This document shows, piece after piece, positions 27,166-36,588 of a stretch of 64,000 nucleotides of DNA. The number at the start of each line of letters is the position of its first letter. Position 1 is the first letter of the stretch. The translations under genes were made by a program, and so were the position numbers. The notes under the pieces were generated by a model. That model was not told where the DNA came from. It searched no databases and worked only from the letters and a program-made list of their open reading frames with translations. The stretch spans positions 13,090 to 77,089 of the forward strand of contig JAJTHN010000039.1 of NCBI GenBank assembly GCA_021297895.1, given 5' to 3'. This DNA comes from Phycisphaeraceae bacterium (GTDB lineage: Bacteria > Planctomycetota > Phycisphaerae > Phycisphaerales > UBA1924).

Positions 27166-30100
27166 ATGAAGATCCGAGTGATCCACGCCTGCTGGTCCGA
27201 GTCGCGCCTGTGGCTCTGGATGGAACAGGCCGAGTCGGCACAGGCCCTCTCCGTTGGCGTTCGCCAGGATGCCCCTGCGTCCGACCGCGAGCCCGCACCC
27301 GGCGCCGCCCCGGCTTCGGTCGGTCCGGTGCACCCGTTCTCCGCCAGCGGCATCGAACTCCGCGAAACGCTGATCGCGACGCTCGGCAGTTCCTTCGAGC
27401 CATCGATCGCCGCCGCGGGCGAACTCTCCCTCCGCCTTCCGACGCACGTCCTCGGCGAGTCGATCATCCCCGTCCCGAGTCCGACACTCTCGCACGCCGT
27501 TGGCCACACCTTCGCCGAGGATGCCGGCGGCGTCATGGTCCTTCAGAGCCTGCGCGTCGCCGCGGTTCCGATCTCGGCCGCCGACACGCTCGGCGTGCTC
27601 GATCGTCTTGAACAGATCTTTCTCGAGGATGAGCACGCCTCGGCTCACGCGATCGCCTGCGGCGCATCGCTGGCGTACTGGTGCCTGGCGGGCAGGTTGG
27701 TTCGATGGCTCCTGGCCCAGCAGCGATTCGTCCCGGCGATCATGCAGGACTCGAGCGGCGGCGTGCGCGGACTCTGGCAGCCCTGGCTCGCCGACGACGC
27801 GACGCTCGAACGCGTGCGGGCCGTCCTGCACGCCATGCCCGGCAGCGCCCGCTGCTCCGCCGACGCCGCGGCGACTTCATCCTGGCCCGTGCTCGAGGAC
27901 TTCATCACGCGCACGTGCGACGCCGCCTGTCGAGGCGTCATGACCGCCGAGACCATGAGCGACACGATCGACGGCCGCTCGCCCGATGAAGATGCGCACG
28001 TCGCATGGCTCACCGGGCTCCTCTCCGATCAGGACAAGGTCATCTCCCGGGGCGAGCAGCGTGCAGATCTGCTCAAGCGCATCCGCTTCTGGGTCGGCTC
28101 GCTCGATCATCGCGGCACCGACAGCAAGTGGCGCCTGTGTATCCAACTCAAGGAACCGTTGGACCTTTCGGGCCTCGACCCGCTGGGCACGCCCGGCCCA
28201 GGCCTGACCTGGCCGCTGTCGTTCCACCTGCAGTCCGTTGAGTCTCCGGATGTCATGCTCGATGCGCAGGACATCTGGGTTCTGCCCGGCGAGGGAGCGA
28301 TCGTCGGCGGCGTTCGAGTCGAGAAGCCCGCCGAACTGCTTCTGGCGCAGATCGCCGCCGGAGCCCGCGTCTGGAAGCAACTCGAAAAGGCACTCTCGAG
28401 CCCCGAGCCGGTTGGCCTCGATCTGACCACCACGCAGGCGTACGAGTTCCTCCGCGAGTACCGACCGATCCTCAGTGAGCAGGGCTTCGGTGTCATCGTG
28501 CCCGCGTGGTGGGACTCGCCCAACACGCGACTCGGCGTGCGCCTCCGAATTGACTCCGGTCTTCCCGGCGATGCCGCCGGAGGTGCCGCGGGTGCCGCCG
28601 CGTCGAGCCAGGTCGGTCTCGCCTCGCTGGTCGATTACTCGTGGCAGATCTCCATCGGCGACGCGACGCTCACGCTGCCGGAGTTCGAGCGGATCGCCGC
28701 CATGCGCTCGCCGCTGGTGATGATCGGTGGGCGATGGGTCGAGGTCCGTCCGGAGGATGTCAAGGCCGCGGTCGAGTTCATCCGCGAGAACCCCGGCGGC
28801 AAGATGGAGCTCGGCCGAGCGCTCCGCCTCGCCTACGCGGCGGACATGCGCACGACCGGCCTGCCCGTTGTCGGCATGGATGTCTCCGGTTGGGCCTCAT
28901 CGATCTTCGGCGGGCTGGATGGCTCGCAAACGCTCGAGATGATCGATGCGCCCGAGGGTTTCGTCGGTTCGCTGAGGCCCTATCAGCTCAAGGGCCTGTC
29001 GTGGCTCGCGTTCCTCGACAAGGTCGGGCTCGGCGCCTGCCTGGCCGACGACATGGGTCTCGGCAAGACCATCCAGTTCCTCGCGCTGCTGCTGCGAGAG
29101 CGGCGAATCATCGGCTCCGCGGGAGAGCGGTTCAGCCCCGGGCCGACGCTGCTGGTTGTGCCGATGTCCGTCGTGGGCAACTGGGTCCGCGAGGCACGCC
29201 GATTCGCCCCGCAACTGCGCGTGTACATCCATCACGGCCTCGAACGCAAGCAGGGCAAGGATCTCCTCGATGCGGCGATGAACGCCGACCTTGTCGTCAC
29301 GACCTACGCCCTTGCCCACCGCGATCGCGCCGATCTCGAGCCCGTCGGCTGGCACCGCATCGCGCTGGATGAGGCCCAGAACATCAAGAACCCCGCGGCC
29401 AAACAGACGCAGGCCATCCGCGCGCTCGACGCCCCTCGCCGCGTTGCGCTCACCGGCACGCCCATCGAGAACCGCCTCAGCGAACTGTGGTCCATCATGG
29501 ACTTCCTCAATCCGGGCCTGCTCGGCGGGCTCAGCGAATTCCGCACGCGGTTCGCCCTTCCCATCGAGCGCTACCACGACACCGCCCGCGCCGGCCGTCT
29601 GCGGGCGCTCGTGCAGCCGTTCGTCCTGCGCCGCCTCAAGAGCGATCCGAACGTCATCGCCGACCTGCCCGAAAAGGTCGAGACCAAGGAGTTCTGCTAC
29701 CTCACTCCGGAGCAGGCGGGCCTCTACGAAACCGTCGTCAAGCGCATGCTCTCAGCCGCCGAAGAGTCCGAGGGCATCCAGCGCCGAGGCATCATCCTCG
29801 CGGGCCTGGTCCGACTCAAGCAGATCTGCGACCATCCGCAGTTGTACCTCAAGGGCGACGATACCGGCGACGGGGAATCCGGCGATCTGGGCCCTGCCAT
29901 TCAACGCGCCTCGCGGTCCGGCAAGTGCGTCCGTCTTCTTGAAATGCTCGACGAGGTCGTCGCCTCGGGCGGTCAGGCGCTGGTCTTCACGCAGTTCCGT
30001 CAGATGGGCACCATTCTCGCCGCCATGCTGCGGCACGAGCTCGACCGTGAGGTGCTCTTCCTGCACGGCGGATCGACCACAAGCCAGCGCGATGCGATGG

Positions 30101-30498
30101 TCGCCTCGTTCCAGAAGGGCGACGGCTCCTCGCCCATCTTCATCCTCTCGCTCAAGGCCGGCGGCGTCGGTCTGAACCTGACCGCCGCGAATCACGTGTT
30201 CCACTTCGACCGCTGGTGGAACCCCGCCGTTGAAAGCCAGGCGACCGACCGCGCGTACCGCATCGGTCAGACACGAACCGTGCAGGTCCACAAGTTCGTT
30301 GTCTCGGGAACACTCGAGGAACGCATCGACCAGATGATCGAGCAGAAGCAAGATCTCGCCGCGAACGTCATCGGCTCGGGCGAGAACTGGCTCACGGACC
30401 TGAACATGGCCCAACTGCGCGATGTGCTCATGCTCCGTCCCGCGGCGGTCGATGCCGACCTTGCCGACCTCGATGCCATCGCGGAGAACCAGGCATGA
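27166..30498 (+). CDS. SNF2-family helicase/ATPase with a long N-terminal SNF2-associated region (1110 aa)
   Basis: LRPYQLKGLSWLAFL, LADDMGLGKTIQ (motif I), DEAQNIKN (motif II), QATDRAYRIGQ (motif VI). The N-terminus MKIRVIHACWSESRLWLW is typical of bacterial SNF2 proteins that pair with SWIM proteins. Confidence 0.9.
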   Translation: MKIRVIHACWSESRLWLWMEQAESAQALSVGVRQDAPASDREPAPGAAPASVGPVHPFSASGIELRETLIATLGSSFEPSIAAAGELSLRLPTHVLGESIIPVPSPTLSHAVGHTFAEDAGGVMVLQSLRVAAVPISAADTLGVLDRLEQIFLEDEHASAHAIACGASLAYWCLAGRLVRWLLAQQRFVPAIMQDSSGGVRGLWQPWLADDATLERVRAVLHAMPGSARCSADAAATSSWPVLEDFITRTCDAACRGVMTAETMSDTIDGRSPDEDAHVAWLTGLLSDQDKVISRGEQRADLLKRIRFWVGSLDHRGTDSKWRLCIQLKEPLDLSGLDPLGTPGPGLTWPLSFHLQSVESPDVMLDAQDIWVLPGEGAIVGGVRVEKPAELLLAQIAAGARVWKQLEKALSSPEPVGLDLTTTQAYEFLREYRPILSEQGFGVIVPAWWDSPNTRLGVRLRIDSGLPGDAAGGAAGAAASSQVGLASLVDYSWQISIGDATLTLPEFERIAAMRSPLVMIGGRWVEVRPEDVKAAVEFIRENPGGKMELGRALRLAYAADMRTTGLPVVGMDVSGWASSIFGGLDGSQTLEMIDAPEGFVGSLRPYQLKGLSWLAFLDKVGLGACLADDMGLGKTIQFLALLLRERRIIGSAGERFSPGPTLLVVPMSVVGNWVREARRFAPQLRVYIHHGLERKQGKDLLDAAMNADLVVTTYALAHRDRADLEPVGWHRIALDEAQNIKNPAAKQTQAIRALDAPRRVALTGTPIENRLSELWSIMDFLNPGLLGGLSEFRTRFALPIERYHDTARAGRLRALVQPFVLRRLKSDPNVIADLPEKVETKEFCYLTPEQAGLYETVVKRMLSAAEESEGIQRRGIILAGLVRLKQICDHPQLYLKGDDTGDGESGDLGPAIQRASRSGKCVRLLEMLDEVVASGGQALVFTQFRQMGTILAAMLRHELDREVLFLHGGSTTSQRDAMVASFQKGDGSSPIFILSLKAGGVGLNLTAANHVFHFDRWWNPAVESQATDRAYRIGQTRTVQVHKFVVSGTLEERIDQMIEQKQDLAANVIGSGENWLTDLNMAQLRDVLMLRPAAVDADLADLDAIAENQA

Positions 30499-31598
30499 GC
30501 AATCAGCCGCCCGCCAAGCCGCAGCCCCCTTCACAGCCCCCCTCGCCGCCCAACACCCCGGCCGCCGCGAATCCCTCGACGCCCGCCGCACCGAGCGGCG
30601 GCGCGCCCGGCGTGCCTTCGCTGCTCGGCACAAACAACCCGTATCACCGCTTCGCGCCGCGCCCGCCGCAGCCAACGCTGCACCCCCGCAAGGTCCGCGG
30701 CGGGATTCGCATCGACTCAAAGTCCGGCCCCGTCTCCAGCGTCTGGTCCGGCCAGCGCTGGTTCCGGCTCTCCGAGGAGTTCGCGCCCAACGATCAACTC
30801 GCCGAGGGAATCAACTACGCGCGCCTCGGCCAGTCCCGCTGGTTCAACGTGACCAACGGACACATTCAGGCTCGCGTTCAGGGACGCCTGCCCGGTCCGT
30901 ATGTCGTCGATATCAAACTCCAGACTTTCACGTTCGAGCAGTGGGAGCGTGTGCTCGATGCGCTCGCGTCGGAGACCAAGCTCGTCGCCATGCTCCTGGC
31001 CGGTGAAGTTCCCTCGAGTATCGAGGACGTCTTCGCACCCCAGAACCTACGCCTGTTCCCGCAGGAAGCCGGTGACATCACCCGCTCATGCACGTGCGCA
31101 ATCGCCCGCGAAACCCCGGGCAATGTCTGGTGCAAGCACGTCTGCTGCGCCATGGCCATCCTGGCCGAGAAACTCGGTCAGGATCCCTTCATGATCTTCT
31201 CCCTCCGCGGCCTGGCGCGCGAGGACTTGCTCGAACGCCTCCGCCAACGGCGCGTCGTCGCGGGCGCAACCCGCACCAGCGGCGACCGACCGATCCCCGC
31301 TTACGTCCCGCGATTGCCCGGCATCAGTGACGCGGCGACCACCACGCTCGAGCAGTCCATCGATCAGTTCTGGACCCTCAATCCCGATGCTGCACGGGTC
31401 GACCTCTCGATCGCGCCCCCCGCCGTCTCGCACCCGCTGCTCCGTCGGCTCGGTGTCAGCCCGTTCCAGAACGCCAAGTTTCCGCTCGTCGGGCTGCTTG
31501 CGACCTGCTACGACGTTGTGAGCGAACGCGCGATCAACGGCTCCGTTCTGAGCCCCGGCGGCCAGTCCGCCGCGACCGAGCCCCCCGCGGACGAATGA
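30495..31598 (+). CDS. SWIM zinc-finger protein with proline-rich N-terminus
   Basis: CTCAIARETPGNVWCKHVCCAM matches the CxC-x(n)-CxH SWIM signature. The start overlaps the SNF2 stop (ATGA). Confidence 0.85.
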   Translation: MSNQPPAKPQPPSQPPSPPNTPAAANPSTPAAPSGGAPGVPSLLGTNNPYHRFAPRPPQPTLHPRKVRGGIRIDSKSGPVSSVWSGQRWFRLSEEFAPNDQLAEGINYARLGQSRWFNVTNGHIQARVQGRLPGPYVVDIKLQTFTFEQWERVLDALASETKLVAMLLAGEVPSSIEDVFAPQNLRLFPQEAGDITRSCTCAIARETPGNVWCKHVCCAMAILAEKLGQDPFMIFSLRGLAREDLLERLRQRRVVAGATRTSGDRPIPAYVPRLPGISDAATTTLEQSIDQFWTLNPDAARVDLSIAPPAVSHPLLRRLGVSPFQNAKFPLVGLLATCYDVVSERAINGSVLSPGGQSAATEPPADE

Positions 31599-31600
31599 GT

Positions 31601-31630
31601 AAAACAAACCGACAGTCGGTTTGTTTCTGA
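31601..31630 (+). terminator. Rho-independent terminator after the SWIM gene
   Basis: AAACAAACCGA cag TCGGTTTGTTT: an 11-bp perfect stem starting 4 nt after the stop. The stem is unusually AT-rich for this genome. Confidence 0.65.
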
Positions 31631-31809
31631 CTTTGTGAAGTCCTCGCATTCGCACCCTTGTCCGACGACTGATCCTGAGTCACACTCAGACCTGATGAGA
31701 TAGAGATCGCCGGTCCTCGGCGGGGTTCGGTTCAATCCCCCGAGGCGGGCAAATGAGATGGTCCGCCCCTCGAAGCGGACTCGTATTCGCGGCAAAAAAG
31801 GGAGTGTCC

Positions 31810-32616
31810 GTGCGAAAACTCGCTTCGGCGTGCGTGGCTTTGGCGGCATCGATGGCGGTGGGGGCTCATTCGCTGTTCGCTGCGCCGGTGTTCTACGACG
31901 GCACGCTCGGCACGCTCGCGGATGATCAGGGCTGGATCGGCTTCATTCCGTTCACCTCCGGGGCAAGCCAGACGCTTCATCCGACATCCCTGACGATGAA
32001 CACATCGTCGTCCTTGGGCGAAGTCGCCGGGCTTTTTCGTAACGCAGGCGGGCCGCTGGATGCCGGGTGGCCCAGCTTCAACGCCGCCAGCGGGTACACG
32101 CTCAGGTTTGACGTGCGCATCGACGCCGAGAGCCACGCGAGCGTGAATCGTGCGGGATTTAGCGTCCTGATCGTCGGGGCGACGCCGTCCGAGTCGATCG
32201 AACTGGGCTTCTGGACCGACCGGATTTGGGCGCAGAACGGCGGAGCATCGCCGACGCTCTTCACTCAGGGCGAGGGTGTCGCATTCAATACCGCCGCGGC
32301 GATCGTGCGGTATGACCTGGCGGTAAGTGCTGGCAGCTACAGCCTTTACGGCAATGGCGCGTTGGTGCTTAGCGGGGCACTGCGCGACTACTCGCTGTTC
32401 GACCCCGTCGCCAGTGGGGTGCCGTTCAGCCCGTACATCGTCCCGAACTTCCTGTTCCTGGGCGACAACACGCGCTCGGCGTCGGCGACGACGACGGTGT
32501 CGCGGGTCGAGTTCATCCCGCAAGTTGTTCCCACGCCGGGAGTTGCGGTGGTTTGTGGCGGGATGGTGGCGATCGCCGGGCGTCGCCGACGTGGATCGGT
32601 CGTCCGCGCCGGTTGA
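31810..32616 (+). CDS. Secreted LamG/lectin-like protein with a PEP-CTERM-like sorting tail
   Basis: GTG start with a GGGAG RBS. Signal VRKLASACVALAASMAVGAHSLFA. C-terminus is VPTPG + VAVVCGGMVAIAG + RRRRGS (motif, TM helix, basic cluster). Confidence 0.65.
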   Translation: MRKLASACVALAASMAVGAHSLFAAPVFYDGTLGTLADDQGWIGFIPFTSGASQTLHPTSLTMNTSSSLGEVAGLFRNAGGPLDAGWPSFNAASGYTLRFDVRIDAESHASVNRAGFSVLIVGATPSESIELGFWTDRIWAQNGGASPTLFTQGEGVAFNTAAAIVRYDLAVSAGSYSLYGNGALVLSGALRDYSLFDPVASGVPFSPYIVPNFLFLGDNTRSASATTTVSRVEFIPQVVPTPGVAVVCGGMVAIAGRRRRGSVVRAG

Positions 32617-32966
32617 CCTTCCCGATCATGGTGCGAACAATATCGCCGGAGCCGTCCGTGACGGACGCTTCGGTTGGTGCGCTCAACAGCCACTGACTGA
32701 AGCCGAGGCACGGGCATGGGTCGTTCTATCGCGGCTGATGGACGGTCCAGTTCCCGACCCGCCTGCCCGATTCGGGCTGGCAAGGGTGCAGGCCGCGGAT
32801 TCCGTCATTCGAGCGTGGAGCTCGGCTGCGGGCCGCGACGATGGTTGCGATCCGTAGTCCAGCACTCGATGCCAAAGCGTCGGGCGCGCATGAATGAGGA
32901 GCGGCAAGGTCGATCGGTCCTGAAGAGGCGTGCAGAACGGCGAGAGCCGTGCGGACGTTCGTGAAC

Positions 32967-33037
32967 TGGCCGATGGTGTAACGGTAGCACAGCAGATTTT
33001 GGTTCTGCTTGTCCTGGTTCGAATCCAGGTCGGCCAG
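32967..33037 (+). tRNA. tRNA-Gln (anticodon TTG)
   Basis: Acceptor TGGCCGA/TCGGCCA (U1-A72 as in bacterial tRNA-Gln), D-arm GTGT..GCAC, anticodon stem GCAGA/TCTGC with loop TTTTGGT, T-arm CCTGG-TTCGAAT-CCAGG. Confidence 0.85.
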
Positions 33038-33125
33038 CTTTTTCCGCGGCCGGGACCGGTGATCATCGGGAGTTTGCGCGGCGGTTCGGCGGGCACGCGA
33101 GGAACGGTTGATCGGCCGGCGGGCA

Positions 33126-33953
33126 ATGGCTGATCATCACAACGGCAACAGCGGGCAGAGCAACGACAACGCGCCGAGCGCGATCATTCTGGCCGCGGGC
33201 AAGGGCACGCGGATGCGGAGCGATCTGCCCAAGGTCGTGCACGAGGTCGGCGGTCGGCCGATGGTGTGCGCCGTGGTGGATGCCTGCCGCGAGGCGGGGT
33301 GCAAGCGTGTCGTGCTGGTGGTGGGGTACAAGCAGGAAGTTGTACGGTCGCTGATGGCGGCGCAGGGCGCGGCGTGGAACGCGGGGCTGGAGTTCGCCGA
33401 ACAGACCGAGCAGCTCGGCACGGGCCACGCGGTGCGTTGCGCCGAGGGGCTCTTCGCGGCGGACGTCAAGTCGGGCAAGCGGCACGACGTGTTCGTGCTC
33501 GCGGGCGATGGCCCGCTCATCCGGGGTGCGACGCTGCGGACGCTGCTTGATCTGCACCGTCGCTCGGCGGCGTCGGCGACGCTGGCCACGAGCGTGATCG
33601 AGGATCCGAGCGGATACGGCCGGATCGTGCGCGGAAAGAACGGCAAGCTCGAGCGGATCGTCGAGCACAAGGAGTGCACGCCCGAGCAGCTGAAGATCCG
33701 TGAGGTCAACCCGAGTTACTACTGCTTCGAGACCCGTGAACTCTTCTCGACGCTGGCTCGCGTCAAGCGTAACGAGGCTTCGGGCGAGTACTACATCACC
33801 GACGTCCCGGCGATGATGCTCGCCGAGCACAAGACGGTTGAAGTCATCGATGCGGTCCCCGCGGAAGACGTCCTGAGCATCAACACGCCCGAGCAGCTCG
33901 CGGAGGTCGATGCGATCTACCGCGGGCGTGCGGGAACCGGAGCCCGTCGTTGA
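33126..33953 (+). CDS. GlmU-like sugar-1-phosphate uridylyltransferase domain only (no acetyltransferase LbH domain)
   Basis: AIILAAGKGTRMRSDLPKVVHEVGGRPMV, EQLGTGHAV and GEYYITDV match the GlmU N-terminal domain. The protein ends about where the GlmU linker begins. It overlaps prs by 4 nt. Confidence 0.75.
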   Translation: MADHHNGNSGQSNDNAPSAIILAAGKGTRMRSDLPKVVHEVGGRPMVCAVVDACREAGCKRVVLVVGYKQEVVRSLMAAQGAAWNAGLEFAEQTEQLGTGHAVRCAEGLFAADVKSGKRHDVFVLAGDGPLIRGATLRTLLDLHRRSAASATLATSVIEDPSGYGRIVRGKNGKLERIVEHKECTPEQLKIREVNPSYYCFETRELFSTLARVKRNEASGEYYITDVPAMMLAEHKTVEVIDAVPAEDVLSINTPEQLAEVDAIYRGRAGTGARR

Positions 33954-34948
33954 ACCACGGCGAAGCACAACCCGATACCAACAGCGCTCTGAAGATCTTC
34001 TCCGGGCGCACCAGCATCGAGCTGACCACGCGGTTGTGCGCGCACCTTTCGATGACGCCGGGGCATGTGCGGATCGAGAGCTTTCCGGACGGCGAAACGT
34101 TCGTGAAGCTCGAAGAGGACGTGCGCGGACGCGACTGCTTCGTCGTGCTCAGCACGTGCATGCCGGTGAACGACAACCTGATGGAGCTGATGGTGTTCAT
34201 CGACTGTCTGCGCCGGGCCAGTGCCCGGCGTGTGACGGCGGTCATCCCATACTTCGGCTACGCCAGACAGGACCGCAAGGACGAGGGGCGAGTGCCGATC
34301 ACGGCCAAGCTCGTCGCCAACCTGATCACCAGTTCCGGCGCAGATCGCGTGCTGGCGATCGATCTGCACGCGGCCCAGATCCAGGGCTTCTTCGATCTGC
34401 CTGTGGATCACCTCTCGGCGACGCCGGTGTTCGCGGAGTACTTCATGGCCCGGCGGAAGGAGCTGGGAGAGCTCTGCCTGGTCAGCCCGGATGTGGGCAA
34501 CGTGAAGGTCGCCGAGGCGTTCGCGAATCTGCTCGGCGGCGAACTGGCGATCATCAACAAGCGGCGGATCTCCGGCAGCGAGATCACCACGGGCAACCTC
34601 ATCGGCTCGGTCAAGGGCAAGACCGTGCTGATGTTCGACGACATGATCTCGACCGCGGGGACGGTGGTGGAGGCGGCGGATCTGGTGATGCGTCACGGCG
34701 CGACGAAGGTCATCGCCGCGGCGACGCACCCGGTGCTGGCGGGCAAGGCGGTCGAGCGTCTGGCGCGGAGCCCGATCGAGCAGATCGTCGTGGCCAACAC
34801 GATCCCGCTCGGCGAGCGTCTGGCGCCGATCTCGGGCAAGATCGTCGAACTGTGCGTCGGCAAGCTGCTCGGCGAGGCGATCTACCGCATCCACAACAAC
34901 ATGTCCATCTCGGCGCTATTCCGCCAGACGATGGGGACGAAGCGGTAG
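33950..34948 (+). CDS. prs: Ribose-phosphate pyrophosphokinase
   Basis: LKIFSGRTSIEL, DLHAAQIQGFFDLPVDHL and MFDDMISTAGTV (PRPP loop). Confidence 0.95.
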   Translation: MNHGEAQPDTNSALKIFSGRTSIELTTRLCAHLSMTPGHVRIESFPDGETFVKLEEDVRGRDCFVVLSTCMPVNDNLMELMVFIDCLRRASARRVTAVIPYFGYARQDRKDEGRVPITAKLVANLITSSGADRVLAIDLHAAQIQGFFDLPVDHLSATPVFAEYFMARRKELGELCLVSPDVGNVKVAEAFANLLGGELAIINKRRISGSEITTGNLIGSVKGKTVLMFDDMISTAGTVVEAADLVMRHGATKVIAAATHPVLAGKAVERLARSPIEQIVVANTIPLGERLAPISGKIVELCVGKLLGEAIYRIHNNMSISALFRQTMGTKR

Positions 34949-35035
34949 GCGGCCCGGTGAACGGGTGCGCGGGGAGCGAACGTGAGTGATGGGACAGGAT
35001 TGAACCGGTTTTCTCTTTGATGAAAGGAACGAGAT

Positions 35036-35785
35036 ATGAAGGATCGTGTACCGAAGATCAGCGCAACGGTTCGTGAGCGCAACGGCTCGCGCTTTGCCAA
35101 GCGGATCCGCGAGCAGGGTCGTCTGCCCGGGGTCATTTACGGCCACAAGATGGAGCCGGTGAGCGTGAGCTTTGACACGCGTGAACTGGTGCCGCAGATC
35201 GAGAAGGGCGAGAAGGTCTTCAAGCTGGACATGCCCGGCAGCACCCACAAGGACGAGGACCAGATGGTGCTGCTGAAGGAGCTGCAGTTTGACTATCTGG
35301 GCGACACGATCATCCACGCGGACTTTGCCCGCGTCGACCTGAACGAGCGCGTCAAGACGAAGGTTCACGTGCGGCTGCAGGGCGAGGCGATCGGCCTCAA
35401 GAGCGCCGGCGCGATCCTCATGCACCCGACCAACGAGATCGAGATCGAGTGCCGCGTGGCGGACCTGCCGGACGAGGTTGTGGTCGAGATCTCCGGCCTG
35501 GGCCTGAACGAGCTGATCACCGCGGACAAGATCAAGCTGCCGGCGGCGGACATGAAGCTGCTGACCGATCCGCACTCGATCATCGCGCAGATCATCGAGG
35601 CCAAGGAAGAGGTCGTTGCCGAGGCGGCGGTTGTCGGCGCCGACGCGGCGACTCCCGAGGTCATCGGCGAGAAGGAGCGTGCCGAGAAGGCCGCGAAGGA
35701 CGGCGCCGCTCCCGCCAAGCCCGGTGCCGCACCGGCCAAGGGTGCAGCGCCCGCGGCGGGGGCCAAGCCCGCGGCCAAGAAGTAA
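35036..35785 (+). CDS. rplY: 50S ribosomal protein L25/Ctc with Ala/Pro/Lys-rich tail
   Basis: RERNGSRFAKRIREQGRLPGVIYGHK plus the Ctc-type C-domain. The tail is AAKDGAAPAKPGAAPAKGAAPAAGAKPAAKK. Confidence 0.9.
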   Translation: MKDRVPKISATVRERNGSRFAKRIREQGRLPGVIYGHKMEPVSVSFDTRELVPQIEKGEKVFKLDMPGSTHKDEDQMVLLKELQFDYLGDTIIHADFARVDLNERVKTKVHVRLQGEAIGLKSAGAILMHPTNEIEIECRVADLPDEVVVEISGLGLNELITADKIKLPAADMKLLTDPHSIIAQIIEAKEEVVAEAAVVGADAATPEVIGEKERAEKAAKDGAAPAKPGAAPAKGAAPAAGAKPAAKK

Positions 35786-35802
35786 TCCCGTCACCATCGG
35801 TC

Positions 35803-35830
35803 GCGCCCGGGGCCGATCGGCCCCGGGCGC
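35803..35830 (+). terminator. 28-nt perfect GC palindrome/hairpin after rplY
   Basis: GCGCCCGGGGCCGA|TCGGCCCCGGGCGC begins 18 nt after the stop. There is no T-tract. Confidence 0.4.
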
Positions 35831-35899
35831 ACCGGACTCGCAGACAACGGCACGAAGCACGCACATCCTCGCCTGAGCGGGGAGACCAACGAGACGGAC

Positions 35900-36577
35900 A
35901 TGAAGCTCATCGTCGGCCTTGGCAACCCGGGATCGCAGTACGAGAAGACGCGTCACAACGCGGGCTTCATGGCTGTCGATCGTGCGGTGGCCAAGCTCGC
36001 CGCGGGCGCGGGCGTACGCCAGCGCTTCGGCGGGGAATACGTCGAGGGCGATATCGCCGGTGAGAAGGTCGCGTTCCTCAAGCCCATGCGGTTCATGAAC
36101 TGCTCGGGCGCCGGCGTTGGCGAGTGTGTCGGGTTCTACAAACTCTCCCCCGCGAGCGACGTGCTGGTGCTCGTTGATGACTACGCGCTGCCGCTGGGCG
36201 CGATCCGCATCCGTGCGGAAGGGTCCAGCGGCGGACACAACGGGCTCAGCGATATCGAGCGGGTGCTCGGCACGCAGGCGTACCCGCGTCTGCGGATCGG
36301 GATCGACCCGCCGGCGCAGGGTTACAGCGACCCGGCGGACTGGGTGCTCGGACGGTTTACCGACGAGCAGATCAAGTCGCTGAGTCCCTGTCTGGACCGT
36401 GTGGTCCAGGCAGTGCACACGTTCGTCGCGGCGGGCGTCTCCCGCGCGATGAACGCGTTCAACACCAAGGTGCAGCAAGGCACCGCGCCCGCCGAACGGG
36501 CCGCGACACCGGCGCAGCCGGCGTCTCCGGCGTCTCCGCTCGGCGGTCGGAACGACCAGAAGCAACCAACGATCTGA
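35900..36577 (+). CDS. pth: Peptidyl-tRNA hydrolase
   Basis: MKLIVGLGNPGSQYEKTRHNAGF and GGHNGLSDI motifs. Confidence 0.95.
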   Translation: MKLIVGLGNPGSQYEKTRHNAGFMAVDRAVAKLAAGAGVRQRFGGEYVEGDIAGEKVAFLKPMRFMNCSGAGVGECVGFYKLSPASDVLVLVDDYALPLGAIRIRAEGSSGGHNGLSDIERVLGTQAYPRLRIGIDPPAQGYSDPADWVLGRFTDEQIKSLSPCLDRVVQAVHTFVAAGVSRAMNAFNTKVQQGTAPAERAATPAQPASPASPLGGRNDQKQPTI

Positions 36578-36588
36578 AAGGAAAGATC

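Noticed and set aside
27107-32966. The segment between tRNA-Lys and tRNA-Gln (SNF2, SWIM, PEP-CTERM-like genes) considered as an integrated genomic island.
   Set aside because: I found no integrase or recombinase, no direct repeat of either tRNA 3' end, and no obvious compositional break.
32683-33126. 147-aa minus-strand ORF in the gap before the glmU-like gene.
   Set aside because: It overlaps tRNA-Gln on the opposite strand and its composition is junk-like. The 350 nt upstream of the tRNA (32617-32966) showed no RNase P, SRP, tmRNA or riboswitch signature that I could recognise.
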